Assembly (NCBI RefSeq): GCF_009914755.1
Contig: NC_060926.1
Length of the DNA stretch: 64,000 nt
DNA from: the human T2T-CHM13v2.0 reference genome, Homo sapiens
Direction: 5' to 3' (one strand)
Both the position numbers and the translations under genes were made by a program. This document shows positions 41,259-55,521 of the stretch, in pieces. The notes under the pieces are model-generated. The model saw nothing but the letters and a program-made list of their open reading frames with translations, made no database searches and had not been told where the DNA came from. The number at the start of each line of letters is the position of its first letter. The first letter of the stretch is position 1.

Positions 41259-43386
41259 TAAATGCTCTGGACATGGACGCTAGATGTGTAATTTCTGGTT
41301 CAAAATATATAAATATTATTCAGATTTTTGTTATTTATTTCTAAAAGGTCCTTCAAAGAGTTTGTGTATATTATACACAAGCCATCAGGGCATGAGGGTA
41401 CCCATTTCCCCACGTCTTCTTTAATTCTAGTTATTATCATGATTAAATATGCCAGTTTTGTAGCTATGTATTCAACGGTATCTCATTTTTTTAAATTTGC
41501 ATTTTTCTGGTCATTATTGAGCTTGACTATTTATTCAGCATCAACATTTGTTTATATTTTTCATTTTGTGAATTGTATCCTCATGTCTTCTGTTCATTTT
41601 TTTGTTGGACAATTCATCTTTTTTTCTGTTGATTTATATATATTACGGATAGCAAATCATTGCTTCCTTTATAAGTTGCAAATATTTCTTCCCATGTTGT
41701 TGTTTGCCTATTAATATTTTTTTGGAGGGAAAGATAAGTTTATTCTTTTCTAACTTTATTTTTTATTGCAGTAAAATATGCATATATAATTTACCATCTT
41801 TACCATTTTTAGGTGTACAGGTCACAGTAATAAACACATTTATATATTTTTTTCCCTTTATCCCTCCTTCCCCCTTACCCTTCCAGACTGGCCTGTTATT
41901 TTTATTTAAGATTTTTTTTGATATACAAATTTCTTAACATTGTCAAAATCTAATGATTTTATTCATTTACAATTTCTGTCTTTGGCACAATTCTTAGAAA
42001 GTACTTCCGTACCCAGAATGTATATAACTATTTTTCTTTGGAGTTTTTATAATTTCACAGTTTACATTCACATCTTTATGTTACCTGGTATTGATGTGGA
42101 TTTATTGTGTGAAGTAGAAATTTCATTTTTTTCCAAATGGTTAGGCATTTGACCAATTATTGAAAAATTTACTCTTATTTATCTAGTTTGAGGGGCCACC
42201 TTTATCATGTATTACAATTTCATGTATATTTTTATCTGTCTTTGGACTTGTAATTCATTTTCATCAATTTGCCAGCCTTAGCCTATGTTGCTCCTAGACT
42301 ATCTCAACTAGTGTTACTTGTTATCCATTATTTTGTTATATGTTGTAATATCTGGTAGGACAAATGGCTGCTCATTTCATAGAAGTTTATTCTAGATATT
42401 TGACAATTTCTGTAGCTATGGTTATTGGAAACTGTTTCTCCATTAGATATTTGTAACTAGTTACTGCTTTTTAACTACATGCTTTAGCATGTCACAACTA
42501 ACTAAATTGTTTTTATTAGTTTGAGTATTGTTCCGTAGAAAGCAGAAAAATAATTTATTCCAAAAAACGACAGAGCAATCCTGAAAACAGACTTTGGTGT
42601 ATTTCCATCACTTGGGGGCAGATGTTTCTTCTGCGCACTTTCTCTTTCTGATTGTCTCACTGGGGTCTTCAGCACCGCAGCAGCCTCTGCATATGTCTCA
42701 AACACATGGCTTGCTGCCATGTTGCGAAAGGACAGGAGCCATCTTCAGATGCACAGATTCCCTAAAAGAGATTTAACATATTTCTCTCATATGTCAGAAG
42801 GGAACACAATACTGAAGTTCAGAATAAGCTATTCAAATGTTCAAGACATCTGAGAGCCAAGCAGATGTGTTGAGGAAGGCAGTCAGGAGTAGGAGGCACT
42901 CTTGCAGATAAATGAATGCCTTCTGTCACCAACATAACAAAGCACTGAGCAGCGTGTCCTCTTCCTTGAGGCCAAGGATGCTTGCGTTTCATATTTTAGT
43001 TGTGGTCCAAGGAGAGGGTTGAGGTGGGCTGGAATTGCAGTTAGTCAAAGGAGATGGCAGCAAACTAACTAGGTTGTCAGAATGGTGATGAGAGCTTCCC
43101 AGTGAGTACCCCGGGGATCAACCAGGGGACCAAGGCCCGAGAACACATTTATCCAGTGAAAGCGCTGTGAGGTTTTTGTACACCAGGGCTACCACCGTAG
43201 CTGCCACCTCTGTACCTGCTGATGCACTTTTGTCCCCTTGCAGTTCTGATATTTGAAAAATTGATTCCCTCATATTTCCTGCTAGGTAATAATATCTGCA
43301 ATTGATGAAGATTTAATCTCTTTCCTATATATGTTTTTCTCTTCTTTATCTTTTTTTTTTGTGTTTTACTGCATTGACTAGCCATT

Positions 43387-43454
43387 TAATTTTTTTTTTA
43401 ATTTTTAATTTTTATGGGTACATAGTAGCTGTATATATTTATGGGGTATATGAA
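43387..43454 (-). mobile_element. 68-bp L1MA1-3 3'-end micro-insertion
   Basis: aatttttatgggtacatagtagctgtatatatttatggggta between exact 14-bp TSDs ATTGACTAGCCATT (43373-43386 and 43455-43468). Confidence 0.82.
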
Positions 43455-43554
43455 ATTGACTAGCCATTATAGACCAATGAATAAACAAGCAAACAAGACA
43501 GACCTATCTTTGCCCTATTTTTAACCCCTGGAATGCTTCTAACTTTTCACTGCT

Positions 43555-43790
43555 AAATATATTGTTGGCAATATATTTATTGCCAACAATAATTTGGAAT
43601 AATATATTGGAATAATATATTATTCCAATATATTATATTATTTATATTATAAATAATATAAACAATATAAATATATAAATAATTATAAATAATTTATAAT
43701 ATATTTATAATATATTATATTATAAATAAATAATAATTATATTATAAATAATAATTTGGAATAATTTGGAATAATATATTGGAAATATAC
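43555..43790. repeat. AT-rich palindromic low-complexity tract
   Basis: 14-bp-arm hairpin at 43560-43591; 38-bp perfect palindrome at 43599-43636; repeated aataatttggaat. Confidence 0.85.
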
Positions 43791-43847
43791 TAAGACATTT
43801 CTTTCTTGTTCTTATTTACTAAGAATTCTCTTTTTTAAAAAGGAATT

Positions 43848-44153
<306 letters not shown>

Positions 44154-44579
44154 AGAATTGATAAATGTTCCTTTGCTATTTTCCTATTTATATACTAAAT
44201 TCTAATAATAGATTTTCCATTGTTGGGCCAGAATTGCATTCTGGAAAAAACTATTCTACCTGGAATAAACGTTGAAAATATACACTGTGTGGTATATTAT
44301 TTAAACTATACTACTCAAAAAGATTCTCTAAATACAATACTAAAGATTGTATTTAGAAATTTTCCCACTGTGTGGATAAAATAAAATGGCCTGTAATTTT
44401 TGTTGTCATTTTTGCCTTCAGGGCTACGTTAGCTTTATTTTATAAATTGAATTTTACTTGATTAATCAGAAAGCCTTTTACATTTTTGTATTCTCTAGAG
44501 CAATTTTTAAAAGTCTCTCCCTTAATTATTTTTTTCTTAAAGCCTTGAAATAACTTTCCCATAAATTGTTTGAATCTGC

Positions 44580-45549
44580 CCTTTCAGAACGTTGCCTCCC
44601 AAGTCATTGGCGAGTGCCCGTCGTCAATGTGTTCTCTCTCTCTCTCCTTATATTCCACATTCCCTGGTCTGACATCTTCAAGGTCTATTCTCAGATGTAC
44701 TCCTTGGCTCCTCCCAGTATCTACGGGTGAGGTCCTACAACTCTTCCTGGAGGAAAAACCATATTTCTATCCTCAGGCTGGTTTGGCACATGATCGTTGT
44801 TGTTAGCCCATAGACAACTATGAGCGACAAGGGTGGATATCACAAGGTACCTGCGTCAGGTGAAGTCTCTGAAGTGCCTCCAGGCAAGGGGAGATGCTCT
44901 CTCTCTGATAACGGGGAGACGGCCACTTCTCCTGGTGCAGACAATTCAGGGGTGTCTGGGAGTTCAAGATTATTAGGTTCATATATCCAAATGTCCACAT
45001 CTCAGTTCTCACAGATTCATTCTTTTTGTATCACTTCAACATGTGAGACCTACTGTGAATACAGGTAGTCTCTTTTTCTATTTTGCTACCTCTACAATTA
45101 GATACTGGGCCTGACTTTTGACGCAGTCAGCCTTATAGCTGCTAGAAATGAAGGATCTCATTAAACGCTTCTATAGAAGCAATTTGGCTTACATAGCATG
45201 TTTTGTGTGTTCAGAGTTGGCTGTCCTGATTCCACCATTTTCTTTTTTTCAAGACTTTCAATGCAGTTAACAAAAGCTGGACAACTCCATAATCCTTGTA
45301 ACTACTATTGCCATCCAACTGTCCAAACGCTACCCCTACCACTTAACCCAACACATTCCCTCCCAGCTGTGCCTCATCCCAGTCAACCCCAGGTAAGACT
45401 TCTAGTAATTTTGATGTCAATTCATGTTAGGAGTTCTTGTCACCCTACTTACCGCCAGTTATGGAGACCGATGGCCATCTGACCCAAGAGTGGCCCATCT
45501 AAAGTCCCACCCTGAAGGTCCACTTTCTAGGACTGCTCTTACTACCAAC
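44580..45549 (-). mobile_element. ERVL-class internal sequence (5' leader/gag relic) with degenerate PBS
   Basis: Abuts the LTR; minus strand reads ...aca GTTGGTAGTAAGAGCAGTCCTAG, a PBS-like junction. Confidence 0.5.
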
Positions 45550-46075
45550 TGTCATAGCCTGAGTTCCCCTTAAAGCAGAGTCTGAGACCAAAGCTTAGGT
45601 ATGAATGTTCATTTGGGAGTGTGGATCTAGGGGTTAGGACAGGAGCAAGAGAAGAATAAAAGAAATAAACAGGGAAAGAGGGAAAATCACAACAAGGATG
45701 TGTTATCAAGTTGAACAACTGCTACAGGGTGCTCAATCCCAATGGACAATCTGAGATGTGTTATGACATGTGGCTCAAGGCCTTGCTCCTGGGAAAAGAG
45801 AGGGGAAAGCATTTATCCACTGGCTCCCTGTTTCTCCCAATCCCTGGTTGAAGGTTGCCCCAAACGACATTAAATATTTCTCATCTTGGTTGAGCAGGCA
45901 GGGTGCCACTACATCCTGCACTGAGGAGTGTCAGAGAAGGCCTGGGGCAGGGTGAAACAAAGTGCTGTTGGATTGCACCTGCTGGAGGTTGTTCAAAGCC
46001 AGAGCAGAGCTGGTAGCCATAGTTGTGAGTGAAATAAGAGCTGAGGCCCAGAGGACTAATTACAGTACCCACAGC
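45550..46075 (-). mobile_element. LTR33-like ERVL LTR
   Basis: gagttccccttaaagcagagtctgagacc...ttcatttgggag...gctcaatcccaatgg...atttatccactggctccc. Confidence 0.55.
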
Positions 46076-46171
46076 TCGGGTATCCACAGTTTGGGCACTA
46101 CCTTTAGTCCTCTGGAACTAAACACTGTGATTAGGAGTTTTCTTTTACAACTTTTAAAATATCTGAGGTCT

Positions 46172-46455
<284 letters not shown>

Positions 46456-46586
46456 CTATTGAGTTCATTTTGGTAACTTACATGTTCCTTTGAAAATCAT
46501 TTCATTTCATTAAGATCTTCAAATATGCTAGCATGATTTTCTCTCTCCCTCCCTCTCTTTCACTACGTTTTTAAAGGGTTGTCTAA

Positions 46587-46893
<307 letters not shown>

Positions 46894-46899
46894 GTTTTT

Positions 46900-48650
46900 G
46901 TTTTGAAGTTTTTTTTTTCTTTTCATAAAAACCAGCCTGGATTGAATTATTAATGACACTTTTCTGTTTTTCAACTTATCAATTTCTGCTTTCATTATAT
47001 GAATACTTTTTAACAGCTTTATTTTACATTTAAAAACTTTCCTATTGAGATAAACAATTCATTTATTTTCATTATTTCTTTTAAAAATAATAATAGCATT
47101 TTAGAATATGATTTTCTTTCTGACTATGGCTTTGTCATCTGCCAAAAGTTTTGAAACTGGTGTTTTATTGTTGCTATTTTCAGAACAGTATTTAATTATA
47201 TGTTTTATTTCCTTTCTTACTCAAGAGTTATTTAGAAGAGTGTTGCTTAATTTCTTGCTATTTTAATTCTACTATTTAATATTTTTCTCACTAATTATTT
47301 GTGTTATGATTATGGTCAAAGAGAGTTTACATTTTTAAGAATTTATTGACATTTCTTTATGGCCTAATATGTTACCTCAGCTTACAAACTGGCCATTTAA
47401 AAGCAATATTAATTAGGTACTTGTGAACTATAAATGTTGAAAAGCTTATTGATTATTTAATTCCTTTATGTGTCAATTTAATGCATCATGGTCCATGATG
47501 ATAAGAAATGATAAATGTTATCACTAAGATTATAGTCTTATCCATTTCTGCTTGAGTTTTAAGATCTAATTTTTAATATTTAGCTGCTATCTTATTCAGG
47601 ACATAAACACTGATGAGCTTATCTCCTTTGTGAATTGCATCTTGTATTGATATAATATTCCATATGTTTTTTTCTTGAATTCTTTGTTCACTATTAACAT
47701 TGTCATTCCTACTTCAGTTGTTGCTTTGTCTTATTTTCATTTATGTCCTATATTTTTGTACATCCTTTTAAAGAGGAGCTTTGTGGGTCACTTTATTTTA
47801 GGCCTGCCATTTGTAAACACTGTATATGACTCAGATTTCTGTGGAGGAAACAGAAAACCCCTTATGTGTTTTAAGTGAAAAGGGATTTAATATAAGGAAT
47901 TAGGTGCTTACAGAAGCATTAGGCTAGGCTGAAGGAATGAAGAGGTTGGCAGCCCCCACTGGACTCACAGCACCACATCTGCTGCCGTGGGTCGAGAAGT
48001 TACTGCTGCTGCTGCCAGCACAACTGCCTCTTAGCCCATGAAGCTGGTGACCGGGCACTGGAACACAGGTCTGGCTGCTACCAATAGTCTTGTTTGTCCA
48101 AACCTGTTTCCTGTCAACCAGCAGCAGCAAGGTGGCCTCCACTTCACCTCCACCTGCTAAATCTCCCTTGAATGCATCTTATTGGCCCAACCTAATTTGC
48201 ACCTAGCACCGTCATTTGGAAGGCCTTTGAAAAAGGTAATTTTTAGTTTTACAACCCCTCCAAGTAGGAGGATGGAATGGAAAAGCCATTCCATCTTAGG
48301 AAAGCCAATCCAAGAATCTACCATATAGTTTTGAAGTTTGCCTTTTGAATTCTGAGAACCCTTCTGTTTCAAATGGAGAGAGTAGCCCAGTCACATTTAT
48401 TATAAATGATATTGATCTAACTTCTTTATTCTTATGTTTATGTGCATTTCTACTTTTCTTTTTAATCTTTTGTCATACTGATTTTTTAAAGTAATTTGCA
48501 AGTTTTGTATTCTATTTTATTCTACAATTATTTTTAGTTGAAGTATACATAAATAAATATATATTTAGATTATGTATATCTTTAGGTTAAGTATATACTT
48601 CCATACCTTTTTCAGGGTCAAGCATGAATCAGTATCTGTCAACCCATGTA
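46900..48650 (-). mobile_element. L1M relic (EN region) with a nested ancient LTR-like piece at about 47830-48320
   Basis: ttatttagaagagtgttgcttaattt; ttatggtcaaagag; nested ggaaacagaaaaccc...gggatttaatataaggaatt. Confidence 0.5.
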
Positions 48651-48920
48651 CCGGATATCCTAGTCAGGGGGCTCTTGCTGGCAAAAAAGAGAAGCCTTCC
48701 GCCAATCTGAATAGAAGATGATTTCAGTGAAAGGATACTTGGTGGATCATAGAGTTGGTGGGAGGCCTGGAGAGCCAGGCTGGGGGAGTGGGCAGGTGGA
48801 GCAGGCTGTTTAGAGTCCTGCTGCTGCCAGTCCCACAGCCCCAGGGCACAGGCCTCTTCTCCTCACCTCCCTTCCTCTAGGTTCAGACCCTGGGCAGGGC
48901 TTCCTAGTAGCTGAATTTAG

Positions 48921-49222
<302 letters not shown>

Positions 49223-49379
49223 AAAGGCTGGCCCCACATTCCACCAAGACTCGCACAGTGGCTGATTCCTTGAACCTAGGAAGGTGTCAGGTGCTGTACC
49301 CCAAACATTGAAGTGTCCGCGGTACATATCCCCTCATTGTAAAAGATGAGAAATTTAGTCTGTTTTCCCTTCTTCTTTT

Positions 49380-49810
49380 TAGTTTGATCAACAAGCACTT
49401 ATTGACTGCTTTGTAAGAATCAGAAATTGTCATAGGCACAAATTATGTAAATCAAAAGGCCAATTCCTGTCTGCAAGGAATGCATAGTTTGGTACGGGAG
49501 AGAACTAGATACTTAAAGGTGCTGTTTTACTGTGATGGGACACATACTAGGAGCATGTATGTTCACAGGGTGGGATTGGAGCAGAGGAAAGAGATGCTTA
49601 GCTCTGTCTGAGTGGGAGAGGATGAGTCTGATATGATCTCAAAAGAGGATCATTTTCCAGGTGTTCAGGGTAGGGGAGAAAGGCACAAGCACTCGGATAT
49701 GTGGAACAACATGGTGCACAGAAAATATATGCACTTTGCTGTCACCAGGACAAGTGTCACCTGTGTAGGCAGGACCAGAGGAGCTGGGGCTGGAGAGTTA
49801 GATGGGGCCA
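49380..49810 (-). mobile_element. L2 3' region
   Basis: tcaacaagcactttattgactgc...ttcctgtctgcaaggaatgcatagttt...cattttccagg. Confidence 0.55.
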
Positions 49811-50303
49811 CCTCACATTAGAGGTGACGGACGGAAGAGGACCCAGCAGAACATGGCCATCCCTACCCCAGCCACATTGGAGCCTGCTGATTCTCTCTCT
49901 CTGAAATTTGCTGAGTCTTTGGATCCACAGAGCTTCTAACCCTGCTGGAGCCTGGAGAAGAGGAGAGGGGGGAGAAGAGAGACAGTAGAGATGAGAGAAG
50001 GGTGCTGAAAGATGTACCCCGCTTCTGGCTCAGTGAAGACATGACATTTTCCCACAGTTCAGTAGGCACCAGAGAAGGTGGCAAGGCTTGAGTGGCCTTT
50101 AGGTTAAGGGGCCCCTGAGGCATTTTCTGAAGGGAGGACCACCTGTGTCAGGAAACTTGCACAGGGGGAGGCCTCACTGGGCCAAGAGAGGACAGCATTT
50201 GGATGGCTGACCTTCAGGGGCCACTGAGGACCCACTGGTATTAGCCAGAGAAGTAGCAATACCAAACAGAGTGACCACAAGAGGGACCTTTTGAAAAGAA
50301 AGA

Positions 50304-50979
50304 AGGAAACAATAGTTGCTGGAGAGGATGTGGAGAAACAGGAATGCTTTTACACTGTTGGTGGGAGTGTAAATTTGTTCAACCATTGCGGAAGACAGTG
50401 TGGTGATTCCTCAAGGATCTAGAACCAGAAATACCATTTGACCCAGCAATCCCATTACTGGGTATATACCCAAAGGATTAGAAATCATTTTACTATAAAG
50501 ACACATGCACACATATGTTTATTGTAGCACTATTTACAATAGCAAAGACTTGGAACCAACCCGAATGCCCATCAATGATAGACTGGATAAAGAAAATGTG
50601 TCTCATATACACCATGGAATACTATGCAACCATAAAAAAGAATGAGTTCATGTCCTTTGCAGGGACATGGATGAAGCTGGAAACCATCATCCTCAGCAAA
50701 CTAACATAGGAACAGAAAACCAAACAGCGTATGGTCTAACTCATAAGTGAGAGTTGAACAATGAGAACACATGGACACAGGGAGGGGAACATCACAAACC
50801 GGGGCCTGTTCGGGGGTGGTGGGCAAGGGGAGAACATTAGGACAAATACCAAATGCATGCAAGGCTTAAAACTTAAATGACAGGTTAATAGGTGCAGCAA
50901 ACCACCATGGCACATGTATACCTATGTAACAAACCTGCACGTTCTGCACATGTATCCAGAACTTAAAGTTAAAAAAAAA
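50304..50979 (+). mobile_element. L1PA7/8-type 3' end (ORF2 C-terminus and 3'UTR)
   Basis: ORF 50515-50709 MFIVALFTIAKTWNQPECPS...; 3'UTR ending catgtatccagaacttaaag plus A-tail. Confidence 0.9.
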
Positions 50980-51232
50980 TAAGATCTGGGGATCTAATGT
51001 GCAGCATGGTGACAACAGTTAATAATGTTGTATTATATACTTGGAATTAGCTAAGAGAGAGTTTATCTTAAGAGTTCTCACCAAAAAAAACAAAAATTAA
51101 AAAGGGAAACTATGTGATTTGAGGGATGGATATGTTAATTAACTTGATTGTGGTAATTATTTTACAATACATACCTATATCAAATCTTCATGTTGTACAC
51201 TTTAAATATATACTTTAAATATGGGAAAAAAA
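50980..51232 (+). mobile_element. L1MA9/L1MB-type 3'UTR fragment
   Basis: ctggggatctaatgtgcagcatggtgac...gctaagagag...atgttaattaacttgattgtggtaat. Confidence 0.8.
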
Positions 51233-52164
51233 GAAAAGAAAACCCTTCATGTCTATGCCTCCAATGGGCTGAGTCTTCTCAATAGCCTTGGCATTTGTTG
51301 GTGGCTAATTGAGGATGCCAAGGAGGGATTTCACTACAGGGCTTGGAACACAGCAGTACTTCCTTAAAATTATCCTTAGAATCTCTTTCTCCTTCCAGCC
51401 GCTGCTCAAATCCTACCCTCTTCCACCACCTCTTAAATCTTTTTCCTGCCTGCATTTTCTTACGTAAAGCAATCTACTACTGCCATCGGTTCATTCACTC
51501 ACCGGAACCTGTCTTGCCAGGACCTGACCTCAGCAGACTGAGTCATACCAGCATCATCCTTGTTGGGGCCCAGGTCTGCATCCCGCTTCCGGCCCCAGCC
51601 CCACTGTTAGCTCCATCAGGTCCTCTGGGGCACACCAAGGAGGCCGTTTTCTCTCCCTTTTTCTGAATTAGATCCCCAGAAAGAAGACATCAGGCTTCCT
51701 GGGGAAATCTAATTTTGCTCATGAATTTGACCATTCATTGTTGCTCAGTTACCTGTGCCCAGCTCTTTCTGCCTTTTCAAACTGCACTCAGCTGTGCCCT
51801 TGAATGAACTGGGGCAGAAGTCCTTAGGTCCTGATCACACATGCTGTTCCCAACTTCCCTTCCCCTTGACACGCTGTGGTGAACTCTGAATTCCAGCACG
51901 TCTCCACTCTGCTGTAGAGCCTTTCTAGGGCTGGCAAGCATTCTGCCACAGAGCTGGTCTTTGTGGCTTTATGCCCACAGTAATTACTAGGGCTGGGCCA
52001 TGCAACCGTCTAACCTCTTCAATTTACAGCCTCCAGGATCTGCCACCCCTGTGGCATTTGGAGGGTGTCTAACCACAGACCGGACGTGCGTGGTAGCAGG
52101 TGGTCTGCTTGATTGCTGGTCCTTCAGTGACCCCTCTGCTCTCCAGTGGCCAGACAGGGATTCA

Positions 52165-52184
52165 GAACATGCCCAGGCATGTCT
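52165..52184. promoter_or_regulatory. Perfect p53-family response element (candidate distal enhancer)
   Basis: GAACATGCCC AGGCATGTCT = RRRCATGYYY twice, with no spacer and no mismatch, in apparently non-repeat DNA. Confidence 0.75.
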
Positions 52185-55100
52185 GCTACTGACATCCTCA
52201 TCCATGAAATTCCCAATATCTGCAGAAATTGTGTATTTGTACATGTTGATTCTATAATAAATACTGAATCCCAGCCTGTACTGCAGAAAGGCTTCCTTAG
52301 CCTCTCAGTCTGGCTTACGTAAAGCAGCGTAAGTGTGATTCTCCATTTCACACACCGGGGCCCTTAACATTCCATGCCCTCATGGCTCTAATTCTGATTT
52401 TGGAACAGACCCTACCATTTCCCTCTTTTTGAAGGTGACTTTGCAAGGATCACATAACTCCTGTTGGGCCAACTTCCTTTCCCTTGTACTATGAGCATAA
52501 CAACTAGATGGTCAACCCGAAAGCTCATTCTTGTCACAGTTCTGGGGGGATCAGTTACCTGAAGCATACTCAGGTTGAAACCCCAGACAAACCTTACCAA
52601 ATATGATGTGAACATTCCAGTCTGCCCTGTAGACCCTCACTATGGTATCACATCCCAATAAACACAAGCCCACCTCAAAAGAAAAAAGAAAGATTGATAA
52701 GTAATGCAGGTCTTTACTTCTTGTAAACCCAGAAGAGAGGATTACATAGCACGTCAGACAAAAATATCTCTTAAAATCCTTTCTAAGCAATTCTTGTTAT
52801 GCCCGAACTTTGATTTCTCATCAGTTTCTTATGGTGAGTGCCCTATACCTAAATCCCTCCAGTATTTCCTCCATTTCTTTGCCTCTCTGTTCCTTTCTTT
52901 CTTTCTCTCTTTTTCCCTCTCTCCTTCTGTCCTGTTATTACATTTCCTTAGTGTTTCATTGCATCTGCTTCTCTGGTCAGCAAAACAAAACCATCTCCTT
53001 TGAGGCCCACCCTTCTTAAAAGGACCAGAGGGATAAATTTTTTTTTCTGCAGTTATTTTTTAATTAAACTTTTTATTTTGAGATAAATGTAGGCTCACAT
53101 GCAGTTTTAAGAAATAATACAGATTAATCCCTTGTGTGTTTCCCCAATGGTAACATGTTGCCAAACCATAGCACAATTTGATATTGTCATCGATACAGTC
53201 AAGTACAGACCATTTCTATCCCATAAAGATCCCTCATGTTGTCATTTTATGGGCACATTTACTTCCCTCTCTGTCACCCTTCCTTAGCCCTTGGCAATCA
53301 CTAATCTGTTCTCCATTTTGGTAATTGTGTCATTTCAAGACTGTTATATAAATGAAATAATACAGTAGATAACCGTTTGAGAGTGGCTTTTTCACTGAGC
53401 ATATTTCTCTGGATTCATCCAGGTTGGTGCCTGTATCATATTAATAATTCCTTTTCATTGCTGAGTAGTATTCTACAGTAAGGATATACCACAGTTTATT
53501 TAACCATTTACTCCTTGAAAGACATCTGGTTTGTTTCCAGTTTTTGGCTATTGGAATTAAGCTGCTATTCATGTAAAAGGTTTTGTGTAAACCTAGGTTG
53601 TCATTTCTCTGGGATATATATATATATCCAGGAGTGCAATTGCTGGGTCATTTGGTAGCTATATGTTTAATGTTTTTAAAGAAACTGCCAAACATTTTTC
53701 CAGAATGACCTTTCTGTCCTTGCCAGCATTTGGTTGGTGTCACTATTTTTTAATTTTAGCCATTCTGGTAAGTGTGTAGTGACATTTCATTGTGGTTTTA
53801 ATTTGCATTGTCTTGATAGCTAATGATATGAAATATCTTTTCATATGCTTTTTTGCTATCTGTATGTCACTTTCCGTATCTTTTGCCCATTTTCTAAGTG
53901 GATTGTTTGCTTTTTTACTGTTGAATATCGAGAGTTCTTTATATATTCTCAATACTAGTTCTTTGTTAGATGCATGGTTTGAAAATATTTTCTCCAATGC
54001 CCTTTCTTTTCACCCACTTAAGAGGGTCTTTCACCAAACAAACATTTTTAAGTTTGATGAAGTCCAATTTATCAGTTTTTCCTTTTATGGACCATGCTTT
54101 TGGGATCAAATCTAAGAATTCTTTGCCTAACCCTAGATGTCAAACATTTTTTGTGTGCCTTTTTTCTGTAAAAGTTTTATAGTTTTACATTTTACATTTA
54201 AATCCATGATTCATTGTTGAATTAATTTTTGTGTAAAGATGTGAGACTCAGAGGTTCATCATGTCCAGTGTCCCAGCACCATTTGAAAATGTTGAAAAGC
54301 TATCTTTCCTGTATTAAATTGTTTTGCATCTTTGTCAAAAATGAGATGGGCATATTCATGTGGGTCTATTTCTGGGTTCTCTGTTCTGTTTCATTGATCA
54401 TGTGGCCTTTGTGATCTTTGCCAATATCACACTGTTTTGGTTACTGTAGCTATATAAGAAGTCTAGGAATTGGATAGACTGCTTCTACTTTATTCTTCTT
54501 TTTCACAGTTGTTTGAGCTATTCTAGTTATTTTGACTGCCCATATAAATTTTAGAATAATGTTGTTTGTGTCTTTAAAAATCTTGCTGAGATTTTGATAG
54601 GAATTGTGTTAAAACTGTACATCAATTTGGGGAGAATTGAATTTGTTACTATGTTGAGTCTTCCAATTCATATTGGAAGTCTTCCATTCATATTTCAATA
54701 TTATATCTCTTCAACATTATATCTCCCTATTAGTTATATCTTTGGTTTCTTTCATCAGTATTATATACTATTCAGCATAGAAGTCCTATATGTTTTGTTA
54801 GATATACATCTATTTCTTTTTTAGTGATTATAAATGATATTGTATTTTTCATTTCAGTGGCTGTGTGTTCATTGCTAGAATATAGAAATACACTCTTTTG
54901 TATGTTTATCTTGTATTCTGTGACCTTGCTGAAGTCACTTATTAGTTATATGAAGGTTTTTTAAAAAATATTCCTTAGGATTGTCTATGTGCAAATTGGG
55001 ACAGTTCTATTTTCTCCTTTCTAATCTGTGTGCTCTTCATTCCTCCCAGCTCCCCATTATATTGGTTAGAACTTTCAGCACTTGGTAAGTAAGAGTAGAG

Positions 55101-55521
55101 CAGACATCCTTGCCTTGTTCCCAATCTCAGGAGGAAAGCATTCAGTCTTTCTCCACTAAGTATACTGTTAGCTGTAGGGTTTTTTTGTAGATGTTCTTCA
55201 TCAAATTGAGGGAATTCCTGTCTATTCCTGTTTTCCTTTTCTTTTTTTCTGAGAGCTTTTATCATGAATCAGTGTCAAATATTGTCAAATGTGTTTTCTG
55301 CAACGATTAATCATGTGATTTTTCTTCTTTAGCCTGTTAATATGATAGATTACATTGGTTGACTTCGAATAGTGAGCCAGCCTTGCTTGCATCCCTGGAA
55401 TAAACTTCTTCACTTGGTCATGTTATATAAATCTTTTCATGGATTGGTGAATTCTACTTGCTAATATTTTGTTTAGAATTTTTGCATCTGTATTCATGAG
55501 GACTATTGGTCTGCAGTTTTT

